Assembly: GCA_035947815.1 (NCBI GenBank)
Contig: DASZJU010000219.1
Coordinates: forward strand, 1-57,578
Direction: 5' to 3'
Length of the DNA stretch: 57,578 nucleotides
Origin: Reyranella sp.
GTDB lineage: Bacteria > Pseudomonadota > Alphaproteobacteria > Reyranellales > Reyranellaceae
Shown here: one piece after another, positions 1-11,694 of the stretch
Position numbering within the stretch: position 1 is the first letter of the stretch
Layout of the letters: each line of letters opens with the position of its first letter
The notes under the pieces: generated by a model
The model's input: only the letters and a program-made list of their open reading frames with translations
Told to the model about the DNA's origin: nothing
Database searches by the model: none
Position numbers and translations under genes: made by a program

Positions 1-1100
1 TTCTGCAGCTTGGTCTCGTCGACCTTGCCGGTCCCGTGGGTGTCGACCAGGAGCGACATCGGATCCGCCACCCCGATCGCATAGGCGATCTGGATGGTGC
101 AGCGCTCCGCCAGGCCGGCCGCCACGACGTTCTTGGCCAGATAGCGTGCCGCATAGGCGGCCGAGCGGTCGACCTTGGTCGGATCCTTGCCGGAGAACGC
201 GCCGCCGCCATGGGGTGCATAGCCCCCATAGGTGTCGACGATGATCTTGCGGCCGGTCAGCCCGCAATCGCCGTCGGGGCCGCCGACAACGAAGTTGCCG
301 GTCGGGTTGACGAAGAAGTCGGCGGCCTTCTTGGGCATCCAGCCCTGGGGCAGCGACTTGGCGACGTGGCTCGCGATCATCTCGCGAACCATGCCGGAGT
401 TGTACTTCTTGCCCTTGGCCGTGACTTCTTTGTGCTGCGTGGAGACCACCACCTTGGTGGCGCCGATGGCCTTGCCGTCGACGTAGCGCACGGTGACCTG
501 GCTCTTGGCGTCGGGCTGCAGGTCGGGCAGTTCGCCCGAGCGGCGGGCCTTGCTCAGGACCTCGAGGATCTTGTGCGAGAAATAGATCGGGGCCGGCATG
601 AACGAGCCCTTCTCGTATTCCTCGCTGTCGCGACAGGCGAAGCCGAACATCAGGCCCTGGTCGCCCGCGCCTTCCTGCTCGCCAAGATTCCCGCCCTTCT
701 TCTTGGCGTCGACGCCCATGGCGATGTCGGGCGACTGGCCGTGCAGCAGCACCTCGACGTCGGCGCCGTGGAAACTGAAGCCGTCCTGGTCATAACCGAT
801 GTCACGCACGACCTCGCGGGCGATCTCGGTAAGCGCTTCGCGGTTGACGATCGTATGCTTGCCGTACTTGCGCATGTAGGGCGCCGAGGCGCGGCCTTCG
901 CCGGCAATGACGATCTTGTTGGTGGTGGCCAGCGTCTCGCAGCCTAACCGCGTGTTGGCGTGGCTGTCGTCGGCATGGCCGAGCTTGACGTCGTTGGCGA
1001 TGAAGGCGTCCAGAATGGCGTCCGAGATCTGGTCGCAGACCTTGTCCGGATGGCCTTCGGAAACCGATTCGCTGGTGAAAATATAGTCCTTGAGCGTCAA
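1..1100 (-). CDS. metK: S-adenosylmethionine synthetase (3' end runs off the window)
   Basis: Not in the ORF track. Minus strand from TTG at 1100 with GGAGG RBS reads [27 protein letters not shown]; GAGDQG and GGGAFSGKD signatures present. Confidence 0.97.
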   Translation of the reverse strand, partial: MTLKDYIFTSESVSEGHPDKVCDQISDAILDAFIANDVKLGHADDSHANTRLGCETLATTNKIVIAGEGRASAPYMRKYGKHTIVNREALTEIAREVVRDIGYDQDGFSFHGADVEVLLHGQSPDIAMGVDAKKKGGNLGEQEGAGDQGLMFGFACRDSEEYEKGSFMPAPIYFSHKILEVLSKARRSGELPDLQPDAKSQVTVRYVDGKAIGATKVVVSTQHKEVTAKGKKYNSGMVREMIASHVAKSLPQGWMPKKAADFFVNPTGNFVVGGPDGDCGLTGRKIIVDTYGGYAPHGGGAFSGKDPTKVDRSAAYAARYLAKNVVAAGLAERCTIQIAYAIGVADPMSLLVDTHGTGKVDETKLQ

Positions 1101-1309
1101 GCAGCCCTCCCACAGATCACGCTGGACTCCGGGCAGGGCGGCGGGGCCGCCAACGTCCGGCTTAGCCTTTATTGTCGCGGTGGCAAGTCGTCCAAATCCG
1201 TCCGCGGCGGCATCGACCATCGAGGCCGCGCCGCTAAAAACTCCAGATGCGGGGGGAAATCAAGGGCTACTCTTCGCCCTCGCATACGCTCGCTGTGACC
1301 AAAGGTCCG

Positions 1310-1765
1310 CTAACGCCCTTTGCGGCCGCCCAAAACCTCGGCATGGCTGGCGGCGCCCACGGCCTTGACCATCTCGAAGATACGCTTGCGCACCCGCGCC
1401 TCGCGGATCTTGTAGTAGGCCCGCACCAGTTCCAGGGTCTCGCGCTTGATCAGCGGATCCTTTTCCTGCTCGAACGGCGTGCCGGCCTCGCCGAAGCCCT
1501 TGCGCCCACGACCCGACATCGGCCGGCCGGACAGCGCGTTGGCCGGCATCTCGTCGAAGAAATAGGACACCGGTACGTCCAATACCTTGGCGAATTCGAA
1601 CAGCCGGCTCGAGCCGATACGGTTGGAGCCGCGCTCATATTTCTGAATCTGTTGAAACGTGAGGCCGACGGCCGTCCCGAGCTTCTCCTGGCTCATCCCG
1701 AGAAGGGTGCGGCGCTGGCGCATGCGCGCGCCGACATGGACGTCCACCGGATGTGATCTTGCCAT
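1310..1765 (-). CDS. XRE-family HTH transcriptional regulator
   Basis: HPVDVHVGARMRQRR...GLTFQQIQKYERGSNRI; conserved alphaproteobacterial position between lnt and metK. Confidence 0.93.
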   Translation of the reverse strand: MARSHPVDVHVGARMRQRRTLLGMSQEKLGTAVGLTFQQIQKYERGSNRIGSSRLFEFAKVLDVPVSYFFDEMPANALSGRPMSGRGRKGFGEAGTPFEQEKDPLIKRETLELVRAYYKIREARVRKRIFEMVKAVGAASHAEVLGGRKGR

Positions 1766-1954
1766 CGGTTCTGTTTCCTCTTGGTCTAGCTTCGCGTATT
1801 ACAAGGCGGTTGCGCAAGTAGAGTGGTGGACAATTCTCAAGTTGCAATGAGGCGCGAATCCCTCAGTGCAAAAATGCATATCTACACGTCTGGGCTGCAT
1901 ATGAACTTACCGCCTCTCCCCAATAATGCAAGCTGAACCCTCTGCGCGGTGAAT

Positions 1955-3466
1955 TCAAAACGTTGCAAACGTATGGGCGGCCCTTCGCCGACCACCAACG
2001 AACAACATCGCGACTAGAAATCCAACCAGGACGAGCAGCGTCCAATCGCCCCAGCGGCTGTAGGGCGTGGCCGCGCGCGCAGCCGGGAGTCGGTGGTCGA
2101 TAATGCCCTGTTGCTGCATGTCGAGTGAGGCCAAAACTCGGCCGTAGGCGTCGATCACGGCAGATACGCCGGTGTTGGCCGAACGGATCATGGGCAGCCC
2201 CTCCTCGACCGCGCGCAGGCGGGCGCTCACCAAATGCTGGTAGGGACCAGTCGACAGGCCGAACCAAGCGTCGTTGGTCACGTTCAGCAGCCAGAGCGGG
2301 CGGGCGCCGGGGCCGGTGACAGCTCCTGGGAAGATCACCTCGTAGCAGATCACCGGCGAGAACGGCGCCAGTCCCGGCAGGCTGATGGAGCCCTTGGATT
2401 CGCCCTCCTCGAACGAGCCACGGCCAATGAAGCCGGAAACCGGCGCGAGTTGCCTGTGAAAGGGGATGTACTCGCCGAGCGGTACCAGGTGGACCTTGTC
2501 GTAGGACGCAACGATCGCCCCGCTGCCGTCGATCGCCAGCAGCGAATTCCAGACACCGTCCTCGGGCCGACCGTTGGCGCGCGCCGCCCCGGTCAGGAGG
2601 TAGCCGCCCGGCGGCACGGCCCTGGCCATGATCGAAAGCGCGGGCGTGCCCGGCTCGACGATGAATGGCGGCGCCGTCTCGGGCCAGATCACGGCGGCCA
2701 GGCGGTCGAAGCCCGGCCGCCGGCTCATTTCGACCAGCTCGGCAAGCTGGCGGTCGCGGTTCTCCGGCCGCCCCTTCTCAGCTTGCGCGACATTAGGCTG
2801 CACGATGCGCATCCAAGGTCCGTTGTCGGCGCCCGCTTCCATCATGCTCTGGCCGGCAAAGCCTGCGATGCCCAGCACCACGAGCGCCGCGATCGAGGCG
2901 CGCCAGCCGGCGGTCGGCGCTGCCAGCACGAGGAACGTCAGCGTGCCCAGGCCGTAGACGCCGAACAGGGCGGCGCTTTGCAGCAGCGGCGCGGCGAAGG
3001 CCCAGACATGGCCGAGCGGATTCCACGCATAGCCGGTGAATAGATGACCACGCAGCCATTCGGTCACCGCCCAGGCGAGCGCCAGCAGGATCAGGCGACG
3101 ATAGCGGCCACCCAGCGCCGGCCAACGCTCGACCAGCCAGCGTGTGACACCGGCCGTAAGGCCCGGGAAGAAGCCGAGAAGCAGCGCCAGGCCCGCCACG
3201 ATCGGCACGCCGAGCCATGCATAGTCGGCGGGCGGTACGAAGAAGGCTTCGACAATCCAGTAGGAGCCGACGGCGAAATGGCCGGTGCCCCAGGCCCAGC
3301 CGCGCAAAAGCGCGCTCCGCGGCCCCGGCGCGGTCTGCCACAGCCAGACGAAAGCCACGATGCCCACGACGGCGAGCGGCAGCCAATAAAGCGGCGGCAT
3401 GGCGAGTGCCGCCAGCGCGCCAGCCAGGAAAGCCGCGCCTCCCGCGCGCCAGCCGCGAAGCGTCAT
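1955..3466 (-). CDS. lnt: Apolipoprotein N-acyltransferase
   Basis: EWLRG..FTGYAWN, QPNV, WPETA, YDKVHLVPLGEY, ICYE, NDAWFG motifs; start refined to MTLRGW. Confidence 0.96.
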   Translation of the reverse strand: MTLRGWRAGGAAFLAGALAALAMPPLYWLPLAVVGIVAFVWLWQTAPGPRSALLRGWAWGTGHFAVGSYWIVEAFFVPPADYAWLGVPIVAGLALLLGFFPGLTAGVTRWLVERWPALGGRYRRLILLALAWAVTEWLRGHLFTGYAWNPLGHVWAFAAPLLQSAALFGVYGLGTLTFLVLAAPTAGWRASIAALVVLGIAGFAGQSMMEAGADNGPWMRIVQPNVAQAEKGRPENRDRQLAELVEMSRRPGFDRLAAVIWPETAPPFIVEPGTPALSIMARAVPPGGYLLTGAARANGRPEDGVWNSLLAIDGSGAIVASYDKVHLVPLGEYIPFHRQLAPVSGFIGRGSFEEGESKGSISLPGLAPFSPVICYEVIFPGAVTGPGARPLWLLNVTNDAWFGLSTGPYQHLVSARLRAVEEGLPMIRSANTGVSAVIDAYGRVLASLDMQQQGIIDHRLPAARAATPYSRWGDWTLLVLVGFLVAMLFVGGRRRAAHTFATF

Positions 3467-3482
3467 CGTGCCGGTACGGCGA

Positions 3483-4433
3483 TCAGGCGGCGGACCGCGA
3501 AGAGGTCGGCGGCCGCACCCGCAGGCGCCGGATGCGCCTGGGATCGACGTCGAGCACTTCGAATTCGACACCCGACGGATGGCGCACGACCTCGCCGCGT
3601 TCGGGAATGCGGCCGAGCAGTGAGAAGATCAGGCCACCCACCGTATCGATCTCGCGCCGCTCGTCTTCGGACAGCACGCGGCCGATCTCCTGCTCGAGGA
3701 GCTCGATGGGCGTGCGGCCGTTGACGTCGATCGTGCCGTCGACCCGGCGCGCGACCGTCGGCGCCTGGGCGACGTCGTGCTCGTCCTCGATCTCGCCCAC
3801 GATCTCCTCGACCAGATCCTCGATGGTCAACAGCCCGTCGGTACCGCCGAACTCGTCGACCACCAGCGCCATGTGGGTGCGCGAGCGGCGCATGTCGAGC
3901 AGCATGTCGAGCACCGGCAAGGTCGGCGCCACGAACACCACACGGCGCAGTATGTCGCGCAGGTTGAATTTCTTCGCGGTGCCCCAGTAGGTCAGCACAT
4001 CCTTGATGTGGATCATGCCGATCACGTCGTCGAGCGACTCGCGATAGATGGGATAGCGCGAATGAGCCTCGGCCTGGATCAGCCGCACAACTTCGTCGAG
4101 CGGCGTGTCGGCGGCGATGGCGCTGATATCGACCCGCGGCACCATGACGTCGGCCACGTTCTTGTCGCGCAGCTTCAGGATATTGGCCAGGAGGACGCGT
4201 TGGTCTTCGCTGATCGGCGTGTCACTCTCGGGCGTTTCCTCGATCAGCTCCTCAATGGCCTCGCGCACCGCCTCGTTCTTCTCGCGACGGCGCAGCTTGC
4301 GCAGGATGGCGCGCAACAGCCCGCCCGTTGAGGGGACCTCGGAGGCCGGCGTCTGGGGCGCCGCGGGAACTTCAGCTGACGAGGCCGGGCCGGTGGCGCC
4401 CGGCTGGGTACTATGGGCTGTGGAGTCCGGCAT
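3483..4433 (-). CDS. corC: CorC/HlyC CBS-domain protein (Mg/Co efflux family)
   Basis: VMVPRVDI, HSRYPIY, VVDEFGGTDGLLTIEDLVEEIVGEIEDE, C-terminal CorC domain. Confidence 0.92.
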   Translation of the reverse strand: MPDSTAHSTQPGATGPASSAEVPAAPQTPASEVPSTGGLLRAILRKLRRREKNEAVREAIEELIEETPESDTPISEDQRVLLANILKLRDKNVADVMVPRVDISAIAADTPLDEVVRLIQAEAHSRYPIYRESLDDVIGMIHIKDVLTYWGTAKKFNLRDILRRVVFVAPTLPVLDMLLDMRRSRTHMALVVDEFGGTDGLLTIEDLVEEIVGEIEDEHDVAQAPTVARRVDGTIDVNGRTPIELLEQEIGRVLSEDERREIDTVGGLIFSLLGRIPERGEVVRHPSGVEFEVLDVDPRRIRRLRVRPPTSSRSAA

Positions 4434-4483
4434 GGTCGTTAAGATAGGCTATCGCCCCTGCGTTGCAATCGTGGATGTTCCTG

Positions 4484-5314
4484 ATGCGTTCCTGCAAACT
4501 TCCGTCCGGCGCGGCAATGCCGGTTTTCGGCCTCGGCACTTGGCGCATGGGCGAAAGCGCGCGGCGGCGCGGCGAGGAGCTCGAGGCGCTGAAGACCGGG
4601 CTCGATCTCGGCTGTCCGATGATCGACACGGCGGAGATGTATGGCGAAGGCGGTGCCGAGGAGATCGTTGGCGAGGCGATCGCCGGCCGGGCTGCCCGGC
4701 CCTACATCGTGAGCAAGGTCTATCCGCACAATGCCTCGCGCGCCGGCACCGTTGCCGCCTGCGAGCGCAGCCTCAAGCGCATGGGCATCGAGCGGATCGA
4801 TCTCTACCTGCTGCACTGGCGCGGCGGCGCGCGGCTGGAGGAGACGTTCGAAGCGTTCCACCGCCTGCGCGCAGCGGGAAAGATCGCCGATTTCGGCGTC
4901 AGCAATTTCGACCGGGGCGACATGGAAGACGCAGCGCGCGTCGACAAGGGCCTGACCGGCAGCAACCAGGTGCTCTACTGCCTGTCGCGCCGCGGCCCCG
5001 AGTTCGACCTGCTGCCCTTGCTGCGTCAGCGGTCGATCCCGCTGATGGCCTATTCGCCGCTCGACCAGGGCGGCCTGTTGCGCAAGCCCGCCCTCAAGAA
5101 GCTCGCCCTCGAGGCGGGCTGCACGCCGGCGCAGCTGGCACTCGCCTGGCTGCTGGCTCAGCCCGGCGTCGTCACCATTCCCAAGTCGTCCAGCCGCGAG
5201 CGCGTGAAGGAGAATTTCGCCGCGCTCGACGTCAAGCTCTCGCCGAAGCTGCTGGCCGAGCTTGACCGCGCCTTCCCGCCGCCCAAGGGCAAGCAGCCGC
5301 TCGAGATGCTTTAA
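4484..5314 (+). CDS. Aldo/keto reductase
   Basis: GLGTWRMG, IDTAEMYG, SKVYP, IDLYLLHW, GVSNF, IPKSS. Confidence 0.93.
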   Translation: MRSCKLPSGAAMPVFGLGTWRMGESARRRGEELEALKTGLDLGCPMIDTAEMYGEGGAEEIVGEAIAGRAARPYIVSKVYPHNASRAGTVAACERSLKRMGIERIDLYLLHWRGGARLEETFEAFHRLRAAGKIADFGVSNFDRGDMEDAARVDKGLTGSNQVLYCLSRRGPEFDLLPLLRQRSIPLMAYSPLDQGGLLRKPALKKLALEAGCTPAQLALAWLLAQPGVVTIPKSSSRERVKENFAALDVKLSPKLLAELDRAFPPPKGKQPLEML

Positions 5315-5322
5315 GCTCAAGC

Positions 5323-5366
5323 GCCCGCTCATGATTCATGATGCGGGCCTGGAGGGCCGCGGTCCG
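5323..5366. repeat. Short GC hairpin / partial REP-like element between convergent genes
   Basis: GCCCGC-TCATGATTCATGAT-GCGGGC followed by CTGGAGGGCCGCGGTCC; GGACCGCGG also occurs inside the 44945-45041 element. Confidence 0.45.
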
Positions 5367-5374
5367 ATGAGCGT

Positions 5375-6310
5375 TTAAGTGTTGCTGCTCTCGCGCAGCA
5401 GGGCGGCGATGTCGGCGGGATCGACCTTGATGTCGAGGCCGGCGCGCTCCTTCTGCAGGATCATCGACGAGCGCGAATCGCGGCCTTCCCAGCCGCGCGC
5501 GAGTGCTTCGGTCATCTCCTCGAGCGTGAGGTTGGCAAGCCGCATCGGCACGCCGACCTCGCGACCGACCTGGGTCGCCAGCGAGACGTCCTTGTGCGCA
5601 AGTTTCAGCGCAAAGCGCGGCGGATCGTAGACGTTGGGCAGGAAATGCTCGGCGAGGCCGTCGAAGGTGCGGCGGCGGCCGGTGACGCCGTTGCGCACCG
5701 CCTTCCACAGAGTGAGCGGATCGACGCCGGCCTTCACGCCCATGGTGAAAGCCTCGGCCAGCGCCGTCTGGATCATGTAGCCGCTGAGATTGTGCACCAG
5801 CTTGGCGACCGAGGCCGAGCCGATCGGCCCGATATAGGACACCTGGTCGCCCGCCGAGTCGAGCACCGGCCGATAGCGCTTGAAGACCTCTTCGTCGCCG
5901 CCCACCCAGATCGCCATCTTGCCCGACGCAGCACCCGCCGGGCCGCCGCTCACCGGACTGTCGAACAGCACGGCGCCGCGCTCGACGAACAGTGGTTCAA
6001 GGCTGCGCATGAGAGTCGGCGAGTTGGTGGAAAGATCGAACAGCGGCTGCCCGCGCTGCATGCCGGCCAGCAGCCCGTTGTCGCCGCGCACCACGGCCTC
6101 GAACTCGCGCGGCCCGGGCAGCGAGGTGAAGACGATCTCCGTCGCCTGGGCAACCGCCTTGGGCGAATCGGCCCATTCGGCGCCGGCTGCGCAAATCTTT
6201 TCGGCCGCCTGCCGTCGCGCATCGTGCACGACCATCTCATGTCCCGCCTTGCGCATATTGGCCGAAATGCCCGAGCCCATCGTGCCCAGGCCAATAAATC
6301 CTACCCGCAT
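5375..6310 (-). CDS. NAD(P)-dependent oxidoreductase, 3-hydroxyisobutyrate dehydrogenase family
   Basis: GFIGLGTMG, DSPVSGG, KLVHN, LAHKD. Confidence 0.92.
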   Translation of the reverse strand: MRVGFIGLGTMGSGISANMRKAGHEMVVHDARRQAAEKICAAGAEWADSPKAVAQATEIVFTSLPGPREFEAVVRGDNGLLAGMQRGQPLFDLSTNSPTLMRSLEPLFVERGAVLFDSPVSGGPAGAASGKMAIWVGGDEEVFKRYRPVLDSAGDQVSYIGPIGSASVAKLVHNLSGYMIQTALAEAFTMGVKAGVDPLTLWKAVRNGVTGRRRTFDGLAEHFLPNVYDPPRFALKLAHKDVSLATQVGREVGVPMRLANLTLEEMTEALARGWEGRDSRSSMILQKERAGLDIKVDPADIAALLRESSNT

Positions 6311-6742
6311 GCGTCTTCTCCCTAATATGGATCGGCAATCCCGAGCCTTTTGAGGATCCGCCGCTCCAGCGTTTCCATGCGCTCGGCATCGGCGTCACCG
6401 GTCTCATGATCATAACCCAACAGATGGAGCGTGCCGTGCACCACGAGATGGCTGATATGAGCGGACGGCGTCTTGCGCTGCTGCCTGGCCTCCCGCCAAA
6501 CCGTCTGGCGGGCCAGCACGACATCGCCCAGAAAGCCACGCTCGCCTGACGGATAGGACAGCACGTTGGTCGGCTTGTCCTTTCGGCGGTCGCGGGCGTT
6601 CAAGGCGCGCACGCGCTTGTCGTCGGCCAAGGCAATGGTGAGCGATCGCTTGCGATTGCCGGTGGCGGAGCGCGCCGCCTTGCGCACCAGCCTCTCGACG
6701 CCAGGCAAGACCTTGGCCCATGCCGGGTCGAGCAGGACGACG

Positions 6743-7725
<983 letters not shown>

Positions 7726-7729
<4 letters not shown>

Positions 7730-9150
7730 GCCGCGGCCTCCCAGGGCGGCACGACGATCTCGCCCGCCAGGCTGTTGGCATGGCCCGCGGTCAGGTGCAC
7801 GGCTGCGATACTGCCGATCAGCCGCGCGTTGCCCTCGGCATGGACCGACTGCAGCCACGGTGTCTTGCCGATGATCTGGCCGGGCTTGCGGCCGGTCTCG
7901 GCGAACAGCACCGGCACGGTCGCGCCGACCTTGGAGGCGTTGAAGTCGCGCGCCTGGCGCCCGAGCAGCGCCTGCAGGGCGGCCAGCCGCGCCGCCTTCA
8001 CGCTTTCCGGCACCTGATCCGGCATCGCCCAGCCGGGCGTGCCCGGCCGGCGGCTGTACTTGAAGGAGAAAGCCGAGGCGAAGCCCACCTCGTCGATCAG
8101 CCGCATCGTGTCGTCGAAATCGGCATCGTTTTCGCCCGGGAAGCCGACGATGAAATCGGACGACAGCGCCAGATCGGGCCGCGCGGCGCGCAGGCGATCG
8201 ACTAGGCGTAGGAAGAGGTCGCGGCCATGCCGCCGGTTCATCGCCTCGAGGATGCGGTCGGAGCCGGACTGCACCGGCAGGTGCAGATACGGCATGAGCT
8301 GCGGCACCTCGCCATGGACGGCAATCAGCGCGTCGTCCATGTCGCGCGGATGCGAGGTCGTGTAGCGCAGGCGCGCCACGCCCTCGATCCCGGCCAAGGC
8401 GCGGATCAGGCGCGCCAGCGACCAGGTCGAGCCATCGGCAGCTTCGCCATGATAGGCGTTGACGTTCTGGCCGAGCAGCGTGATCTCGATGGCGCCCGCC
8501 GCCGCCAGATGGCGCGCTTCGGCCAGCACCGCCGCAACCGGCCGCGAATATTCGGCGCCGCGCGTATAAGGCACGACGCAGAAGGTGCAGAACTTGTCGC
8601 AGCCTTCCTGGATCGACAGGAAGGCCTGGCCGGCGCGCACGCCCGAGGGCGCCGGCAGGTGGTCGAACTTGCTCTCGGCCGGAAAATCGGTGTCGAGGAC
8701 TCCGGCGCCCGGCAGGCGCTTGCCGGCGCGCCGGAACGCCGACTTGCGCTCGGCCTCGGCCAGCAGCTCGGGCAGCCGGTGGTAGGCCTGGGGGCCCACG
8801 ACGATGTCGACGGCAGGTTGGCGGCGCACGATCTCCTGGCCCTCGGCCTGGGCGACGCAGCCGGCGACGGCGATGGTGAGATCGCGGCCCTGGGCGCGGC
8901 GCTCGAACTTGGTGTCGCGCAGGCGGCCCAGCTCGGAATAGACCTTCTCCGAGGCACGCTCGCGGATGTGGCATGTGTTCAGCACGACCAGATCGGCCTG
9001 CTCGGGCGCGTCGGCGAGGGCGTAACCGAGCGGCCGCAGCACATCGGCCATGCGGTCCGAATCGTAGACGTTCATCTGGCACCCGTAGGTACGGATGAAC
9101 ACGCGCTTGCGCTGCCCCTGCCGCTGTTCGCCGGTACGGACGTCCGTCAT
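7726..9150 (-). CDS. miaB: tRNA-i6A37 methylthiotransferase MiaB
   Basis: [34 protein letters not shown] radical-SAM motif, TRAM domain. Confidence 0.97.
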
Positions 9151-9210
9151 CTGTCTCCGTTGCTGGAACGGCCGGTTTCTAACATTGCAAGCGGCCCCGG
9201 TCGAGGCCTG

Positions 9211-10029
9211 CTAGGCGGCCTTGGACGGCGGCGGCAGCAGCTCCAGCCGGCCGGAATTCGCCGATTGCACGGCCGAGGAGACTTGCCGGAAGCAGTATTC
9301 GGCGAGCTTCTTGCGATCGCCCAGCCGATCGATGTCGACCGGCGGGAAGAAGGTGACCACCGCCTCGGTCTCGCCGAGGCAGACCATCTGCCAGAGATGG
9401 GGCACCAGATCGAGGTCGCCGAACCAGGCGAACAGCGGCCGCCAGTAGCGGCCCAGCGGAATGCCGTCGAGCCGGGTGTAGGAGATCGCCACCGGCTGCA
9501 CGGTGATCGGCTTGTCGCCGCGGCGAAGCTGGGCCACGCCGAACAACGCGCTGCGGAAGGGCAGCACGCGCGTGCCGTCGCTGCTGGTGCCTTCGGGAAA
9601 CAGCATGAGATTGTCGCCGGTGTTCAGCCGGCTCATCATCTCGTCGCGGCTTTTGCTGGTCTTGCCGCTGCGCCGTTCGATGAAGATGGTGCGCTGCGCC
9701 TTGGCGAGAGTGCGGAAGAACGGCCAGGTCGCGACTTCGGCCTTGGCCACGAAGCTGCCAGGGATCAGTCCACCCAGCACCTCGATGTCGAGGTAGGAGA
9801 CATGGTTGCACACGTAGAGCGTTGGAATCATGTCTGAGCGCCGGCCGTGGACACGCACCTTGATGCCCAGGATGACGCAGACGACGCGATGATAGACGAC
9901 CGGCATCCAGCGCACGATCGGCTGGATGCCGAGCGTCCGGGCCAGAAGATAGATTGGCAGCGAGACGAGCGTGAGCAGCAGGTAGCTCACCAGCCGAAAC
10001 CCACCGCGCAAAGGAGAACCGATCCACAT
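9211..10029 (-). CDS. olsA: Lysophospholipid acyltransferase, probable lyso-ornithine lipid O-acyltransferase
   Basis: NHVSYLD and FPEGTSSDG acyltransferase motifs; adjacent to olsB-like gene. Confidence 0.8.
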   Translation of the reverse strand: MWIGSPLRGGFRLVSYLLLTLVSLPIYLLARTLGIQPIVRWMPVVYHRVVCVILGIKVRVHGRRSDMIPTLYVCNHVSYLDIEVLGGLIPGSFVAKAEVATWPFFRTLAKAQRTIFIERRSGKTSKSRDEMMSRLNTGDNLMLFPEGTSSDGTRVLPFRSALFGVAQLRRGDKPITVQPVAISYTRLDGIPLGRYWRPLFAWFGDLDLVPHLWQMVCLGETEAVVTFFPPVDIDRLGDRKKLAEYCFRQVSSAVQSANSGRLELLPPPSKAA

Positions 10030-10045
10030 TGTCGCGACGGGTGCG

Positions 10046-10897
10046 TCAATCGTGCTGATCGTTCATCCCGCGTTCGTAGTGGCGGATGTACTTCTCGGTG
10101 ATGATTTCCGTCTTAACGATGATGAAGACGTCGGTGGTGTTGAACTGCGGATCGATCACCGCGCCGTCGCCGACGAAGCCGCCGAGCCGCAGATAACCCT
10201 TGATGAGCGGCGGGACCCGCGCCATCGCCTTGCGCGGGTCGTAGCTGCCCGGCTCCAGCACATCCATCTTCACGTAGCGGCTGGCCAACGCGCGCACGCG
10301 GATCTCGGGTGGCGCCAGGTGATGATGATAGAGGTAGCTCATCGCCTGGGCGTGCTGCGACGGATCGGTACCGGGCAGGCTGGGGCAGCCGAACATCACC
10401 TGGATGTTGTAGTGGAACGAATAGAGCGCGATGCCGCGCCACAGCATCTGCATGGTCGCCGTGTTGCGCGCATCCTTGGCGATACACGCGCGGCTGGGTT
10501 CGAGGATTTCGCCCGGATAGTCGATCAGCGGCTGGATGTCGTACTCGGCGGACGAATAGAAGCGGCCGATCTTGGCCGCAGCCGCACGGCGGATCAGGCG
10601 ATAGGTGCCGACGATGCCTTGCGGGCCCTCGCCGCGCCGGCGGTCGAGCACAAGAAGATGGTCGCAGACCTCGTCGAAGGCATCGAAGTCGCGCCGCCGC
10701 GCCGCCATCTCCGGCGTCGGACGCGCTGTCATCTCTTCGTAAAAAATCCGATAACGAAGCGCCTGCGCGGCATCGATCTCAGCCGCACTCTCGGCCAACC
10801 GAACCTCGAAGTCGCCGGCAACGACCTTGACGATCTCCGCGCTCGACGAGGGAGCGCCCAGGAGTTCGGCATCGCTGTCAGCGCGGTCTATGCGCAT
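10046..10897 (-). CDS. olsB: Ornithine N-acyltransferase (GNAT, OlsB-like)
   Basis: AQALRYRIFYEE, DAFDEVCDHLLV, VGTYRL, PPLIKGYLRLG, DPQFNTTDVF. Confidence 0.85.
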   Translation of the reverse strand: MRIDRADSDAELLGAPSSSAEIVKVVAGDFEVRLAESAAEIDAAQALRYRIFYEEMTARPTPEMAARRRDFDAFDEVCDHLLVLDRRRGEGPQGIVGTYRLIRRAAAAKIGRFYSSAEYDIQPLIDYPGEILEPSRACIAKDARNTATMQMLWRGIALYSFHYNIQVMFGCPSLPGTDPSQHAQAMSYLYHHHLAPPEIRVRALASRYVKMDVLEPGSYDPRKAMARVPPLIKGYLRLGGFVGDGAVIDPQFNTTDVFIIVKTEIITEKYIRHYERGMNDQHD

Positions 10898-10963
10898 GTT
10901 TCATCCGCAAGGGGGCCGCCCCGATCATGCGCCCATTATCGGGGTGGCGATGGCCCCGTCCAC

Positions 10964-11401
10964 TCATTTTTGTCGGTCGGTTTTCCCGTCCATGGGCACG
11001 CCGTACAATTCGAGTCGGTGCCCGACCAGCCGATAGCCGGCTTTTTCCGCGATCCGGCGCTGCAGTTCCTCGATCTCGTCGTTGTGGAATTCGACAACCT
11101 TGCCGCTCTGGATGTCGATCAGGTGATCATGATGCTCGTCGGGCGTTTCTTCATAACGCGCGCGGCCGTCGCCGAAGTCGTGCTTGGCGAGAATGCCGGC
11201 TTCCTGGAAGAGTCTCACTGTCCGATAAACCGTCGCGATGGAAATATTGGGATCTATTGCCGTCGCGCGCCGATGTACCGCCTCGACGTCGGGATGGTCG
11301 TGCGCTTCGGACAGGACGCGTGCGATCACGCGCCGCTGGTCCGTCATCTTGAGACCGCGCTCGGCGCACAACAATTCCAGCTTCGATTTGCGATCAGGCA
11401 T
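10964..11401 (-). CDS. fur: Fur-family metal-responsive regulator (Fur/Mur)
   Basis: GLKMTDQRRVI, HPDVE, SIATVYRT, HHDHLID; start refined to MPDRKSK. Confidence 0.93.
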   Translation of the reverse strand: MPDRKSKLELLCAERGLKMTDQRRVIARVLSEAHDHPDVEAVHRRATAIDPNISIATVYRTVRLFQEAGILAKHDFGDGRARYEETPDEHHDHLIDIQSGKVVEFHNDEIEELQRRIAEKAGYRLVGHRLELYGVPMDGKTDRQK

Positions 11402-11449
11402 GCAACGACACCCTACACCGGCCGGCGGGCGGGGTATAGTTGCGGGGTG

Positions 11450-11683
11450 ATGACCATCCCTTCCGACCATGCCATCGACATTACCGGCGAAGTTTGTCCC
11501 ATGACCTTCGTGCGCACCAAGCTCAAGCTCGAGCGCATGCAGTCGGGCGAGGTCCTGAGCGTTCGCCTCCGCGGCGAGGAGCCTTTACGCAACGTGCCGC
11601 GCGCCGCGCGCGAGGAAGGCCACACCATTTTGGGGATCGAAGACGATGGCGAGGCCCATATCGTGACGATCCGGCGGGCCTGA
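11450..11683 (+). CDS. tusA: TusA/SirA-family sulfurtransferase
   Basis: Hidden at the end of a spurious 543-aa ORF: IDITGEVCPMTFVRTKLKLE (CPxx motif), 77 aa. Confidence 0.88.
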   Translation: MTIPSDHAIDITGEVCPMTFVRTKLKLERMQSGEVLSVRLRGEEPLRNVPRAAREEGHTILGIEDDGEAHIVTIRRA

Positions 11684-11694
11684 TTATTTACTGA

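Noticed and set aside
36-947. 303-aa plus-strand ORF and many other long antisense ORFs (e.g. 52141-54573, 8227-9837, 6566-8017)
   Set aside because: Shadow frames of real genes, expected in high-GC DNA; no motifs of their own
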